A stretch of 63,954 nucleotides of DNA, the filler included, from Candidatus Eiseniibacteriota bacterium (GTDB lineage: Bacteria > Orphanbacterota > Orphanbacteria > Orphanbacterales > Orphanbacteraceae): the NCBI GenBank assembly GCA_043809585.1. It is 5 parts of 5 records of this genome, joined end to end, with 100 filler letters (N's around TTAATTAATTAA, not from the genome) between each part and the next. Parts side by side here need not be neighbours in the genome. Positions count along the whole stretch, not along the records: positions 18,593 to 37,994 come from JBDROZ010000045.1; 4 more parts are not named here. One strand, written 5' to 3'. A model generated the notes under the pieces. The model was not told where the DNA came from. It made no database searches and saw only the letters and a program-made list of their open reading frames with translations. This document shows, in pieces, positions 19,879 through 29,220 of the stretch; positions within the stretch are counted from its first letter, which is position 1, and every line of letters starts with the position of its first letter. A program made the position numbers and the translations under genes.

Positions 19879-21141
19879 GACTTTGGAATGAGAAGACACC
19901 GCACGGACGGGGCCAGGGGCCGGAACGCGGGGGACATGAACTCGTTTCGTGTCCCCCGCATTTCTCTTTCCCGGAGGGCAGGGCGACTGCCCCCGTACGG
20001 ACGGGTCCTGACCGGGTGTAGGGTGGGGGGATGGCGGCTCAGACATGCCGTCCGCGCCTACTCGATCTTCCAGTGGCCGGCTCGAAGCTCACCGGCGCTC
20101 CCGGCAACTCGCCGCTTCATCCCCCCACCCTACGCCCCGGCCACCCGTCCGTGGCCATGAATGATCAGCAAGGACTGCCGAGAAAAATTAGGAACAGGAA
20201 GCCATAGAATCGTCATCCCCGCGAAGGCGGAGATCCATCCGGTCCCCGGACAGATAGAAGGGTATTCGATCTTTCTGTTCCATCCCCTCGTCGAGCCGAA
20301 CTACCACGTGCCTTCCGGAATACGATTTCCTGGATCTCCGCCTTCGCGGGGATGACATGGACTTGAATCCAGGGGGGACACAATACGGAACCGGGTATTC
20401 GGCATTGTGTCCCCAGAATTCCGCCCGAGGCTCCGGTGTGTACCCGGTCTCGGTCGCCTCCGGTTCGGATGACTCCAGCCTTACCTCAGGAGTGTCTGTC
20501 CCCCTCCGGACGGATACCGCACACGAGCACGCCTGCTCCAAAGTGCAGAGGAGGAGTCCAAGCAGGATATGACTTTGGAATGAGAGAGAAGGCCTCGCAC
20601 GGACGGGGCCAGGGGGCGGAACGCGGGGGACATGAACTCGTTTCGTGTCCCCCGCATTTCGGAGGGCCGGGCTCCGAGCCAGTACGGGTGATCCGAGGGG
20701 GACACAATACCGAACCGGGTATTCAGTATTGTGTCCCCCGGATTCCCGACCGGCCACGAACTTCGGCGGGGCGGGGGGGCGGTGGTGGGAGGGATAGAGG
20801 GGCAGACTTGAGCGCTCGTCGCACGGCGGGAGAAAGCCCTCCCTTTCTCCGGGCTCGTAGAGGAGGCGTCGCTGAAGACGGCAACAACTCCCCGGTTATG
20901 CCCCCATCCCTCCCGAGGCCGCTCCCCCGCCTCGCCGTCCTCCGGACGGGTAGGGCAAACGAAGAGGACCCCTCCAAAGTGCAGAGGAGGGGTCCAATGA
21001 AATGAGAACTATGGTCGCCGAACGGCCCTACCGGATCAGGATCATGGATCCAGGGGGGACACAATACTGAATACCCGGTTCGGTATTGTGTCCCCCGAAT
21101 TCCGCATGGTCGCCGAACGGCCCTACCGGATCAGGATCATG
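19879..21141. repeat. Intergenic mosaic of REP-like palindromes and dispersed repeats
   Basis: GGGGGACA...TGTCCCCC hairpins (19929, 20372, 20625, 20696, 21053), GTCATCCCCGCGAAGGCGG inverted pair (20212-20356), 174-nt element, 36-bp duplication. Confidence 0.85.
20764..20937 (+). ncRNA. Candidate 174-nt structured RNA or hairpin element, copy 1
   Basis: Near-identical core and equal length to 60971-61144; long terminal stem with differing but pairing sequence. Confidence 0.45.
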
Positions 21142-22919
21142 CGTTTCGTTTCGCTGAGGTTGTCCGCCACCAGCCGATAGTGGTACACGCCGCTGCCGAC
21201 GCTCCGGCCCCGGTCGTCCCGGCCGTCCCATTGGACCGTGTGGGCGCCGGCGCTCATCGTCTCGCCGCCGAGCAACGTCCGCACCACCCGCCCCGCCGGA
21301 TTGTAGACGACGAGCGAGGGCGCGCCGTCCGCCGGAAGGGTGAAGGCGATCGACGTGGCCGGGTTGAACGGGTTCGGCCGGTTCTGCTCGAGGCCGAACG
21401 GAAGGGCCAGGGGAACGGCGTTCGTCACGTCCGTCGCCTCTTCGCCGAGGGAGAGGACCATCGAGTAGGTCGCCTCGCCGCCGATCCGCTTCGCGTTGAC
21501 GACGAGGACCGCGACCTGCTTCAGCTCTTCGCCCGGCAGGGAGAGGGTGTAATCGCCGTCGTTCTGCGCGTCGAGGGGGATGTCCTCCCGGAACCAACCG
21601 CCCCCGTAGACCCCTTTACGGCGGAGGAGCGCCGTCACCCGGATACTGGTCCCGTCCTCCCCGTCGAATTGGATCCGGAGGCGCCCGCTGAGAGCCGTCA
21701 TCCCCTTGCACTGATAGAAGTGGGCCGCCATGCGGGTCACCCCGCCGGCGCTCGTGTCGGGATAAGCGTCCCGGTACGCCCAGGTGCCCGCGGTCGGGTA
21801 GGAGCCCGCCTCCTCGTACGAAGGAATGTAAGGGGGGGCCGTCTGGCCGAGAATCCCCGTCACGTAGTTCCATGAGGCGAACTCCGTGAAAGCCGTATGA
21901 AAGTCCGAACCTTGGTCGGCGATGATCGCCGCGTAGCTCGCGGTCGCCGTTTCGGTCGGGGCCGCTTCCCGACGCTGCATGAAGGCGAGCCCCATGCCGA
22001 TCCCCCACTTCTCGCAGAGGAAGTGCTGCCAGATGCAGTCCTCGTAGCTCCCCGATCCGCCGTTGTCCAGGGATTGGTCCGGATTGGAGATGCTCGACCC
22101 GCTGATGAGGTAACCGTAGTAGTCGTTCGTCTCGTCGAACACCACGTCTTCCATCCAGGTCGCGTCGAGTTCGACCCATCCGCCCGTGGCCATGGCACCG
22201 GTGGTGTTGAACTGGCTCGCGTGTTTGAACTCGTGGGCCGCCGTCACCTTCGCGGCGCCGAGCACGTTCCCGTCCGGATCCTGGTTCGACGGGAATCCGG
22301 CGAAGTCGTTCTCGAGCACGATGTAGCTCGACCCGCCGCCGGTGCCCTGGGTGTACCCGTAAGCGCCCATGTTTTGGAAATAGATCTGGTAAGTGCCGCC
22401 GCCGGGCGCGTTGAATCCGAGATCGTCGATCTCCCGGTGCCACGAGGAATCGCAGTAAACGGCGCACAGCTCGACGTAGTCGGGCACGCCGTTCACCGGG
22501 TCCACGTCGGCCTGGGGCGGCGCGTTCGACCCGCTCGTCTCGTAGTTCATGGTGAAGAGACCGGCCGGGCTGAGATAGGTCTGCGTGGTGATCTTCCCCA
22601 AGGGCCGGATGCCCCGGAGGTAGGAGTCGATCTCCGACCTCGTCGCCGGGGCGAGGCCCCCCCGAAGGGATTCGTATTCGGCGATGGCCGGCGTGAGGCA
22701 CTTGAGCGGCGCTCCGTCCGCGACCATCAGATCGGAGCGCACCGACGCCGGATCAAAAGCGTAGCGGAAGGTGTTCAGGAGGGCGTCCTCCCTCGTGATC
22801 CGCCCCTCGACTTCCGCCCGGTGGAGGGCGTCGAGGAAGCCCCCGTCGGCGGCCGCGAGGACCGGCAGGGCGAGGCCGACGAGCACGACCCAAGCGACAA
22901 ATACACGATATCGCATCAT
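21123..22919 (-). CDS. Secreted zinc metalloprotease (MXAN_6640-like) with C-terminal FlgD-Ig domain
   Basis: Signal peptide; AHEFKHA HExxH, E..ATWMED; QNRPNPFNPAT...WDGRD...GSGVY.YRL tail. Confidence 0.85.
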   Translation of the reverse strand: MMRYRVFVAWVVLVGLALPVLAAADGGFLDALHRAEVEGRITREDALLNTFRYAFDPASVRSDLMVADGAPLKCLTPAIAEYESLRGGLAPATRSEIDSYLRGIRPLGKITTQTYLSPAGLFTMNYETSGSNAPPQADVDPVNGVPDYVELCAVYCDSSWHREIDDLGFNAPGGGTYQIYFQNMGAYGYTQGTGGGSSYIVLENDFAGFPSNQDPDGNVLGAAKVTAAHEFKHASQFNTTGAMATGGWVELDATWMEDVVFDETNDYYGYLISGSSISNPDQSLDNGGSGSYEDCIWQHFLCEKWGIGMGLAFMQRREAAPTETATASYAAIIADQGSDFHTAFTEFASWNYVTGILGQTAPPYIPSYEEAGSYPTAGTWAYRDAYPDTSAGGVTRMAAHFYQCKGMTALSGRLRIQFDGEDGTSIRVTALLRRKGVYGGGWFREDIPLDAQNDGDYTLSLPGEELKQVAVLVVNAKRIGGEATYSMVLSLGEEATDVTNAVPLALPFGLEQNRPNPFNPATSIAFTLPADGAPSLVVYNPAGRVVRTLLGGETMSAGAHTVQWDGRDDRGRSVGSGVYHYRLVADNLSETKRMILIR

Positions 22920-23029
22920 TTCCTCCCAGGGAGCATCGAACAGGAATGGTTTTGGAGAGCGTAACTTTAGTAAGTATACGGGATATGGAATCCGGAGTCA
23001 ACCCGGTGTTGCCGGAGCGTCGTAGATCC

Positions 23030-23545
23030 TCTCCGGAGGATCTCCCGTTCGTTTCCTCTTTTCCGTTCCTTTCCCTTCCTTTCCTTCTGATCCGTGGATC
23101 CGCGGATCGAGTCCGATTCCGTCGCGAGGTCGCGGCCCGCACCGGCGAGGGACCGCCTGGGACAAGGAGCATCCGGAGGCGGGGCCATGCGAGATCTCCA
23201 TCTCCTTTCCTTCTTGTCTTGTCCGTTCCGTTTGATCCTGAGATTCCCGGAGCAAGCGTGGTTTCGTCACGAGAGTCGAAAGCCGTCCGCGAAAGGGCCG
23301 TTTGGACAAGGAGCATCCGGAGGCGGGGCCATGCGAGATCTCCATCTCCTTTCCTCATTCCCTTTCCTTCTGATCCTCGGATCCGCGGATCGAGTCCGAT
23401 TCCGTCGCGAGGTCGCGGCCCGCGCCGGCGAGGGACCGCCTTGGACAAGGAGCATCCGGAGGCGGGGCCATCGCCCCGGTGGAGGAGGCGACGCCGGAAA
23501 ACGGCCTTTGGAGCGACGGTTTTCGGCTCGCAGTAGAAAACACGC
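23030..23545. repeat. Tandem array of ~140-bp units
   Basis: GGACAAGGAGCATCCGGAGGCGGGGCCAT at 23160, 23304, 23443. Confidence 0.85.
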
Positions 23546-23557
23546 GCGCGATGGGAA

Positions 23558-24586
23558 TCAGAGGATCAACATGCAGTCGCCGTAGGAGTAGAAGCGGTAG
23601 CGTTCCCGAACCGCTTCCTCGTAGGCGGCCTTCATCCGGTCGGTCCCGGCGAAAGCGCAGACGAGAAGGAAGAGGGTCGACCGGGGGAGATGGAAATTGG
23701 TGAGGAGACCGTCGACCACCTTCGGCTCGTAGGGGGGATGGATGAAGATGTTGGTCCAGCCGGCGCCGGGACGGGCGATCCGGCCCTCCGCCGCGGCCGA
23801 CTCGAGGGTGCGGACCACGGTGGTCCCCACGGCGATCACCCGGCCGCCCCGCCGCCGGGTCTCCCCGATCGCCTCCGCCGCCGCTTCGTCTATGCGGAAA
23901 CACTCCGCCTCCATCTCGTGGGCATCCACGTCATCGGTCCGGATCGGGCGAAAGGTGCCGGGACCGACGTGGAGGGTGACTCTGGCGAGGGCGATCCTCC
24001 TCTCCCCGAGGGCGGCCGACAGGTTGTCCGTGAAGTGGAGCCCCGCCGTCGGCGCCGCCACGGATCCGGTTTCCCGGGCGAACATGGTCTGGTAGCGGGA
24101 GCGGTCCTCTTCGGTCGGCGTCCGTCGGATGTAAGGGGGGAGCGGAACCTCGCCCGAACGCTCGAGTCTCTCCGCGACGTCCACCCCCCCCGGAAAGCGG
24201 ACGACCCACTCTCCCTCCCCTCCCGGCCGGACCGCCTCCCCTTCGAGGCCGGCCGGCGGGAACCGCACCGGGTCTCCCGTCTTCACCTTCTTGGAAGGCC
24301 GGAGAAGGAGCATCCACTCATCCCCTCCGAGGGGCCGGAGAAAGAGGGCCTCCACCGCACGGCCGCCGCCGATGGTCCCGCGGAGACGGGCGGGGAAGAC
24401 TCGGGTGTCGTTCACCACGACGAGGTCGCCCGGCCGGAGCTCGCCCGGAAGACCGGCGACCCCGAGATGGCGGAAGGGACCGCCCCCCCGGACGACGACC
24501 ATCATGCGGGCCTGAAGCCGCTCCGGCGGCGGGTGCTGGGCGACGAGGTCCTCGGGCAGGTCGAAGTCGAAATCGGAAAGACGCAC
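23558..24586 (-). CDS. queA: SAM:tRNA ribosyltransferase-isomerase
   Basis: FDFDLP..LVAQ.P, PLPPYI, YQT, AAPTAGLHF, LHVG.GTF, NFHLP.ST, YRFYSYGD. Confidence 0.98.
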   Translation of the reverse strand: MRLSDFDFDLPEDLVAQHPPPERLQARMMVVVRGGGPFRHLGVAGLPGELRPGDLVVVNDTRVFPARLRGTIGGGRAVEALFLRPLGGDEWMLLLRPSKKVKTGDPVRFPPAGLEGEAVRPGGEGEWVVRFPGGVDVAERLERSGEVPLPPYIRRTPTEEDRSRYQTMFARETGSVAAPTAGLHFTDNLSAALGERRIALARVTLHVGPGTFRPIRTDDVDAHEMEAECFRIDEAAAEAIGETRRRGGRVIAVGTTVVRTLESAAAEGRIARPGAGWTNIFIHPPYEPKVVDGLLTNFHLPRSTLFLLVCAFAGTDRMKAAYEEAVRERYRFYSYGDCMLIL

Positions 24587-25633
24587 TTAGAGAAGACGCT
24601 CCGGGCCCCGCTCCCGGCCGGCGGGATCGAGACCGAGGTGACGGTACGCTTCGGCGGTGGCGACCCTTCCCCGGGGGGTCCGTTTCAAGAGCCCCTCCTG
24701 GAGAAGGAACGGCTCGTGGACCTCTTCGATGGTGTCCGGCTCCTCCCCCACGGATACCGCGAGGGTGCCGAGGCCGACCGGGCCTCCGTCGAACCGGCGA
24801 ACCACGGCATCGAGAATCTTGAGGTCCATCCCGTTCAGCCCCCGGTCGTCCACGTCGAGCCGGGCGAGGGCGTGGCGCGCGAGGGGGCCGTCGATCACGC
24901 CCTTCCCCTCCACCTCGGCGAAGTCCCGCACCCGGCGGAGGAGCCGGTTGACCACCCGGGGCGTCCCCCGGGAGCGGCGCGCGATCTCGGAGGCCCCCTC
25001 GGCGTCCAGTGCCACGGCGAGGATGCGCGCCGACCGGACGGCGATCCTTTCGAGATCTTTCGCCTCGTAAAAGTCGAGGTGGCACTCGACGCCGAACCGG
25101 CCGCGCAGCGGCTTCGTCAGGAGGCCGGAGCGGGTCGTGGCGCCGACGAGAGTGAAGTGGTTCAGGTTCAGCTTCACCGACCGGGCGTGGGGACCCTTGT
25201 CGATGACGATGTCGAGCTCGAAGTCCTCCATGGCCGGGTAGAGGTACTCCTCCACCGTGTGGGAGAGACGGTGGATTTCGTCGAGGAAGAGAATCGACCG
25301 CTCGGGAAGGCTCGTGAGGAGGCCGGCGAGATCGCCGGGGCGCTCGAGGACCGGCCCGGAAGAGCCCTTCAGCTCCACGCCCAGTTCTTCCGAGAGAATC
25401 CTGGCGAGGGTCGTCTTGCCGAGACCGGGGGGCCCCGAGAGGAGCACGTGGTCGAGGGCCTCCCCCCGCTTCCGCGTCGCCTCGATGAAGACGCGGAGGT
25501 TCGCCTTCACCTTCTCCTGGCCGACGAAGTCTTCGAGACGCGTGGGCCGGAGGGTCTCGTCGAGTCGGTCGTCCTCGGGGAGCGGCGTCCCCGCGACCAG
25601 GTCATCTCGGTCTTTCCTCTCGGGGTGGCTCAT
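24587..25633 (-). CDS. ruvB: Holliday junction helicase RuvB
   Basis: [31 protein letters not shown]. Confidence 0.98.
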   Translation of the reverse strand: MSHPERKDRDDLVAGTPLPEDDRLDETLRPTRLEDFVGQEKVKANLRVFIEATRKRGEALDHVLLSGPPGLGKTTLARILSEELGVELKGSSGPVLERPGDLAGLLTSLPERSILFLDEIHRLSHTVEEYLYPAMEDFELDIVIDKGPHARSVKLNLNHFTLVGATTRSGLLTKPLRGRFGVECHLDFYEAKDLERIAVRSARILAVALDAEGASEIARRSRGTPRVVNRLLRRVRDFAEVEGKGVIDGPLARHALARLDVDDRGLNGMDLKILDAVVRRFDGGPVGLGTLAVSVGEEPDTIEEVHEPFLLQEGLLKRTPRGRVATAEAYRHLGLDPAGRERGPERLL

Positions 25634-25807
25634 CTTCGAGTCTCCTTCGTCGCGAGATCGAGCGAGAGGGCCTCGGGCGAGGATCGAGGGTGAAAACGCC
25701 CGGAGGCGGCCCCCCCGCGGGCCGGTGAGGACGTTTTCGCCCGAGTACGAAGCCGGCGGACCTCGCAGCCGGTCGCAGCAGAAAGAGGCGAGGAGATGAG
25801 ACCCGGA

Positions 25808-26401
25808 TCAGACACCGGAGAGTGCCTCCCTCACCAGATCCTCCACGGACGGCTCCTCCCCCCCCCGGCGGACGAGGACCCTCTCGATCGCCTTCGAGGC
25901 CTTGTCGCTCTTGATCCCGAGCGCTTCGAGGGCAAGGCGCGCCTCTTCCGCCACGCCGCCGGCGCCGCCGAGCATCCCATCGAGGCCGGAACCCTCCCCC
26001 CCCTCGAACTTGCTCCGGAGCTCCACCACGAGGCGCTGGGCGCTCTTCTTTCCGATCCCCGGGATGCGGGAGAGGTGGGCCGTGTCCGCATCGACCACGG
26101 CCCGGCGAAAGCGCTCGGGTTTCATGGAGGAGAGGATCGCGAGGGCGAGCTTCGGGCCCACGCCCGGGACGCCGAGGAGCACGCGGAAGAGCTCCCGTTC
26201 GGCGGCGGTGGAGAACCCGTAGAGTTGAATCGTCTCTTCCCTGAGATAGGGGTGGGTCACCAGCCGGACCCTCATCCCCTCCCCGGGCAGATCCTCGTAG
26301 GTATTCAGGGAGATGGAGAGGTCGTACCCGACTCCCGCCACGTCGACGACCGCCCGGGCGGGGCTCTTCTCGGCCAGAATTCCCTCCACGTGGGCGATCA
26401 C
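25808..26401 (-). CDS. ruvA: Holliday junction protein RuvA
   Basis: MIAHVEG, GVGY, LYGF, GVGPKLAL, PGIGKKSAQR. Confidence 0.96.
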   Translation of the reverse strand: MIAHVEGILAEKSPARAVVDVAGVGYDLSISLNTYEDLPGEGMRVRLVTHPYLREETIQLYGFSTAAERELFRVLLGVPGVGPKLALAILSSMKPERFRRAVVDADTAHLSRIPGIGKKSAQRLVVELRSKFEGGEGSGLDGMLGGAGGVAEEARLALEALGIKSDKASKAIERVLVRRGGEEPSVEDLVREALSGV

Positions 26402-26883
26402 CGGGGCGCCCCCGATCCCGCCCGGTGGCCGTGGCAGATCGCGACGGCAAGGGCGTCCGACTCGTCGGACGACCCGATCGGGCGCCCGACCGACAGGATC
26501 CTTTCCACCATGAAGCGCACCTGGTCCTTCGTGGCGAGGCCGTTTCCGACCACCGCGGATTTCACTTCGTTCGGAGGATATTCGTAGGCGGGGAGGCCCG
26601 CCTCGGCGGCGGCGAGAAGGATCACGCCCCGGACATGGCCGATCCGCGACGCCGTGCGGGGATTGATCCCCTGGTAGACGTCTTCCACGGCCACGGCATC
26701 CACTTCCGCGGCGGCGATGATCTCGGCGACGCCGTCGTGAATCCGGCGGAGCCTCTCGGAAAACGGAAGGGCCCGGGGGGCGCGGATCGTGCCGCTCCTC
26801 TCGTACCGGGCGCGGCCGCCTTCGATCCGGAGGACGCCGAAGCCCGTGCACGCACTTCCCGGATCGACGCCGAGAACCACCAT
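26398..26883 (-). CDS. ruvC: Crossover junction endonuclease RuvC
   Basis: LGVDPG, E, VK.AVVG.G.A.K.QV, DESDALAVAICH. Confidence 0.96.
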   Translation of the reverse strand: MVVLGVDPGSACTGFGVLRIEGGRARYERSGTIRAPRALPFSERLRRIHDGVAEIIAAAEVDAVAVEDVYQGINPRTASRIGHVRGVILLAAAEAGLPAYEYPPNEVKSAVVGNGLATKDQVRFMVERILSVGRPIGSSDESDALAVAICHGHRAGSGAPR

Positions 26884-26906
26884 GAGCCCCTCCTCCCCCC
26901 GCGTGA

Positions 26907-27656
26907 CTAAGAGCTGAGCTCCTCCAGGATCTTGTCGGAGATATCGAAGTTGGCGGAGACCTGCTGCACGTCGTCGTTCTCTTCGAGCATGTCCACGAGC
27001 CGGAGGACCTTGCCCGCGGTCGCCTTGTCGAGGGCGACCGTCGTCTTGGGGAGGCGGGTCAGCTCGGCGCTCTCCGCCGTGATCCCGGCCCCCTTCAGCG
27101 CCTCGTTCACGTGGTGGAGATCGTGGGGATCGGTTGTGATCTCCCATGAATCCCCCTCGTCCGAAACGTCATTGGCTCCGGCGTCGAGGGCGACCATCAT
27201 GAGATCGTCCTCCGCGACCCCCTTTTTCTCCACCACGATCATGCCCTTCTGGTCGAACTGCCATGCCACGGACCCGACTTCGGCCATCCGGCCGCCGAAC
27301 TTCGTGAGGATGTGGCGGACCTCGGCGGTGGTCCGGTTCCGGTTGTCCGTGACCGCCTCGATGAGCATCGCGACGCCGCTCGCCGCGTATCCTTCGTAGA
27401 CGACCTCCTCGTAGGTCACGCCGGGCAGCTCGCCGGTCCCCTTCTTGATCGCCCGATCGACGTTGGCGGCGGGCATGTTGTTCTGCTTCGCCGCGTCCAT
27501 GGCGGTGCGAAGGCGCGGGTTGGCGCTCGGGTCACCCCCTCCGTCCCTGGCGGCCACCGTGATTTCCCGGATCAGGCGGGTGAAGATCCGGCCCCGCTCG
27601 GCGTCGGCCTTCCCCTTCTTCCGTTTGATTGTCGACCATTTCGAATGTCCCGACAT
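26907..27656 (-). CDS. yebC: YebC/PmpR family protein
   Basis: MSGHSKW..IK.KK, NPRLR, YEGY, TDNRNRT, DDVQ.V. Confidence 0.96.
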   Translation of the reverse strand: MSGHSKWSTIKRKKGKADAERGRIFTRLIREITVAARDGGGDPSANPRLRTAMDAAKQNNMPAANVDRAIKKGTGELPGVTYEEVVYEGYAASGVAMLIEAVTDNRNRTTAEVRHILTKFGGRMAEVGSVAWQFDQKGMIVVEKKGVAEDDLMMVALDAGANDVSDEGDSWEITTDPHDLHHVNEALKGAGITAESAELTRLPKTTVALDKATAGKVLRLVDMLEENDDVQQVSANFDISDKILEELSS

Positions 27657-27810
27657 GGCAGCACCTCGTCCCCTTGGGACGTCCCTCGTCCCCCACGACG
27701 GATTGAGTGTATCACACCCCCCGAAAACGGGGCCAATTCGGACAACGAAGCCGTCGGTCCGATCGTCTTCATGCGCACCCGGGCGGAGCCGGGGCCAGCC
27801 CGGGCTCTAG

Positions 27811-28103
27811 CCTGGATTATGCACAAATCTCCTACTGCGATCTCGGATCGCCGCCTGCGAAGCCTCCTTTCCGTCGCCGCCTCCTCGATGGGGCCCGTGG
27901 CGCACTTTCATCTTCTCGCGACCGCTCGGAGCGAGAAGTGTTAGTGCGCCGGGGGAGCCCCCCGGGCACTAGGGCTTATCGCTTCGATGGGCGCGATAAG
28001 CCCAACTGCCCGACGGGTCCCTGCCTCCGGTTGCGGCTCGTCCAAGTCAGCTTCTCGTCAAGCGATCCGAGCCCTCGTGACGGAGATTCATGCATAATCC
28101 AGA
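27811..28103. mobile_element. MITE family B, complete (293 bp)
   Basis: TIR CCTGGATTATGCA / TGCATAATCCAGA; CTAG on both sides. Confidence 0.85.
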
Positions 28104-28272
28104 CTAGAGGTCCGGCCTGGAAATCCACCGCTTCGCCGGGTGATTCTCTTGTCCGCAATCAGGATGCGGAGCGCCATCCCCCTCCCTCTTCCGGCCCCTC
28201 CCGGGGGGCCCGCCGGAGCCGGTTTTCTCCCCCGGCATGGCGCCGCGGGGGGGGAAGAGCGATCAGTCTTGA

Positions 28273-29151
28273 TTGATCTTCCCGGTGTTTTCCGCCGGCC
28301 ACGCCGAAGAGAGCGCCGGGGAGACTCACGGCCACAACGTCATCGGCCCCGCCTACGGTCTCGTTCAGGACGGAACGCTGGGCGCGTCGCCGGGGGGGGA
28401 CTTCCTCGTCCAGCACCTCACCTGCACGAGCTGCCACGACCCCCACGGGAACGAGAGCTTCCGCCTTCTCTACGGCTCGGCCCTCGGTCCGATCTACGGC
28501 GGTGGCCGGTACGACTTCGACGACGACGCCCCTTTCGCGGCCGGCAACAGCCGTCGCACCTACGTCGGCGGCGGCGGGAACGAGACGAACGGGCGGCACA
28601 CGGTCTACAAGTCGGGAATGGCCGAGTGGTGCGCCAACTGCCACGAGACCTTCCACTCCGGCAACACGACGAACTTCGTCCACCCCACCGGCGAGGCCGT
28701 CGGAGGGAGCGTGGCGGAGATCTACAATCTCTACGTGAGCACCGAAGACCAGACCGGAGGGGACCCGGCCGTCTCGTACTGGGGGTTGGTGCCGTTCGAG
28801 GACGTGGACATCGATCTCGCGACGGTGGACACGGAAAACTACACCGCCGGGCCGACGGCGGCCGACCAGGTCATGTGCCTCTCCTGCCACCGGGCCCACG
28901 CGTCGCCCTTCCCCGACATCGGACGGTGGGACTTCGGCGCGACCTTCATGAACGACGACTCCCACCCGGCCCCGGGAGACGACGGCGCGAGCCTGGGGGA
29001 CGTGGCGAACCGGTACTATGGGTATTCGTTCACCGACAACCAGCGGTCGGTCTGCAACAAGTGCCACGTCAAGGACGCGTTCGACGCCCTCATCGTCGAG
29101 GACGTCATCACGAGCGTGCCCCTGTTCCCTACATCCAAGCGACGAGGATAG
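28273..29151 (+). CDS. OmcS-like multiheme cytochrome c with 4 CxxCH, N-terminally truncated (possible pseudogene)
   Basis: GHN...PGG...CTSCHDPHG, GMAEWCANCH, CLSCHRAHAS, QRSVCNKCH in OmcS order; no complete signal peptide. Confidence 0.8.
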   Translation: MIFPVFSAGHAEESAGETHGHNVIGPAYGLVQDGTLGASPGGDFLVQHLTCTSCHDPHGNESFRLLYGSALGPIYGGGRYDFDDDAPFAAGNSRRTYVGGGGNETNGRHTVYKSGMAEWCANCHETFHSGNTTNFVHPTGEAVGGSVAEIYNLYVSTEDQTGGDPAVSYWGLVPFEDVDIDLATVDTENYTAGPTAADQVMCLSCHRAHASPFPDIGRWDFGATFMNDDSHPAPGDDGASLGDVANRYYGYSFTDNQRSVCNKCHVKDAFDALIVEDVITSVPLFPTSKRRG

Positions 29152-29220
29152 CCCCGATCACGGCGAGCTCCACCCGGTCGTGAAGAGTGTAGAAGACTGT
29201 CGGCTTCGCGGGCCGACCCC

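Noticed and set aside
19858-21064. Short ORFs across the repeat mosaic, some sharing peptides with ORFs near 60641-61278
   Set aside because: Shared peptides arise from the DNA repeats; no RBS or codon bias
23160-23471. Possible CRISPR array (29-bp repeat, three copies)
   Set aside because: Spacers are ~110 bp and partly homologous to flanking units; no cas genes in the window
28237-28272. In-frame ATG..TGA before the cytochrome as selenocysteine or readthrough
   Set aside because: The extension MAPRGGKSDQS gives no proper signal peptide or heme motifs, and I see no convincing SECIS
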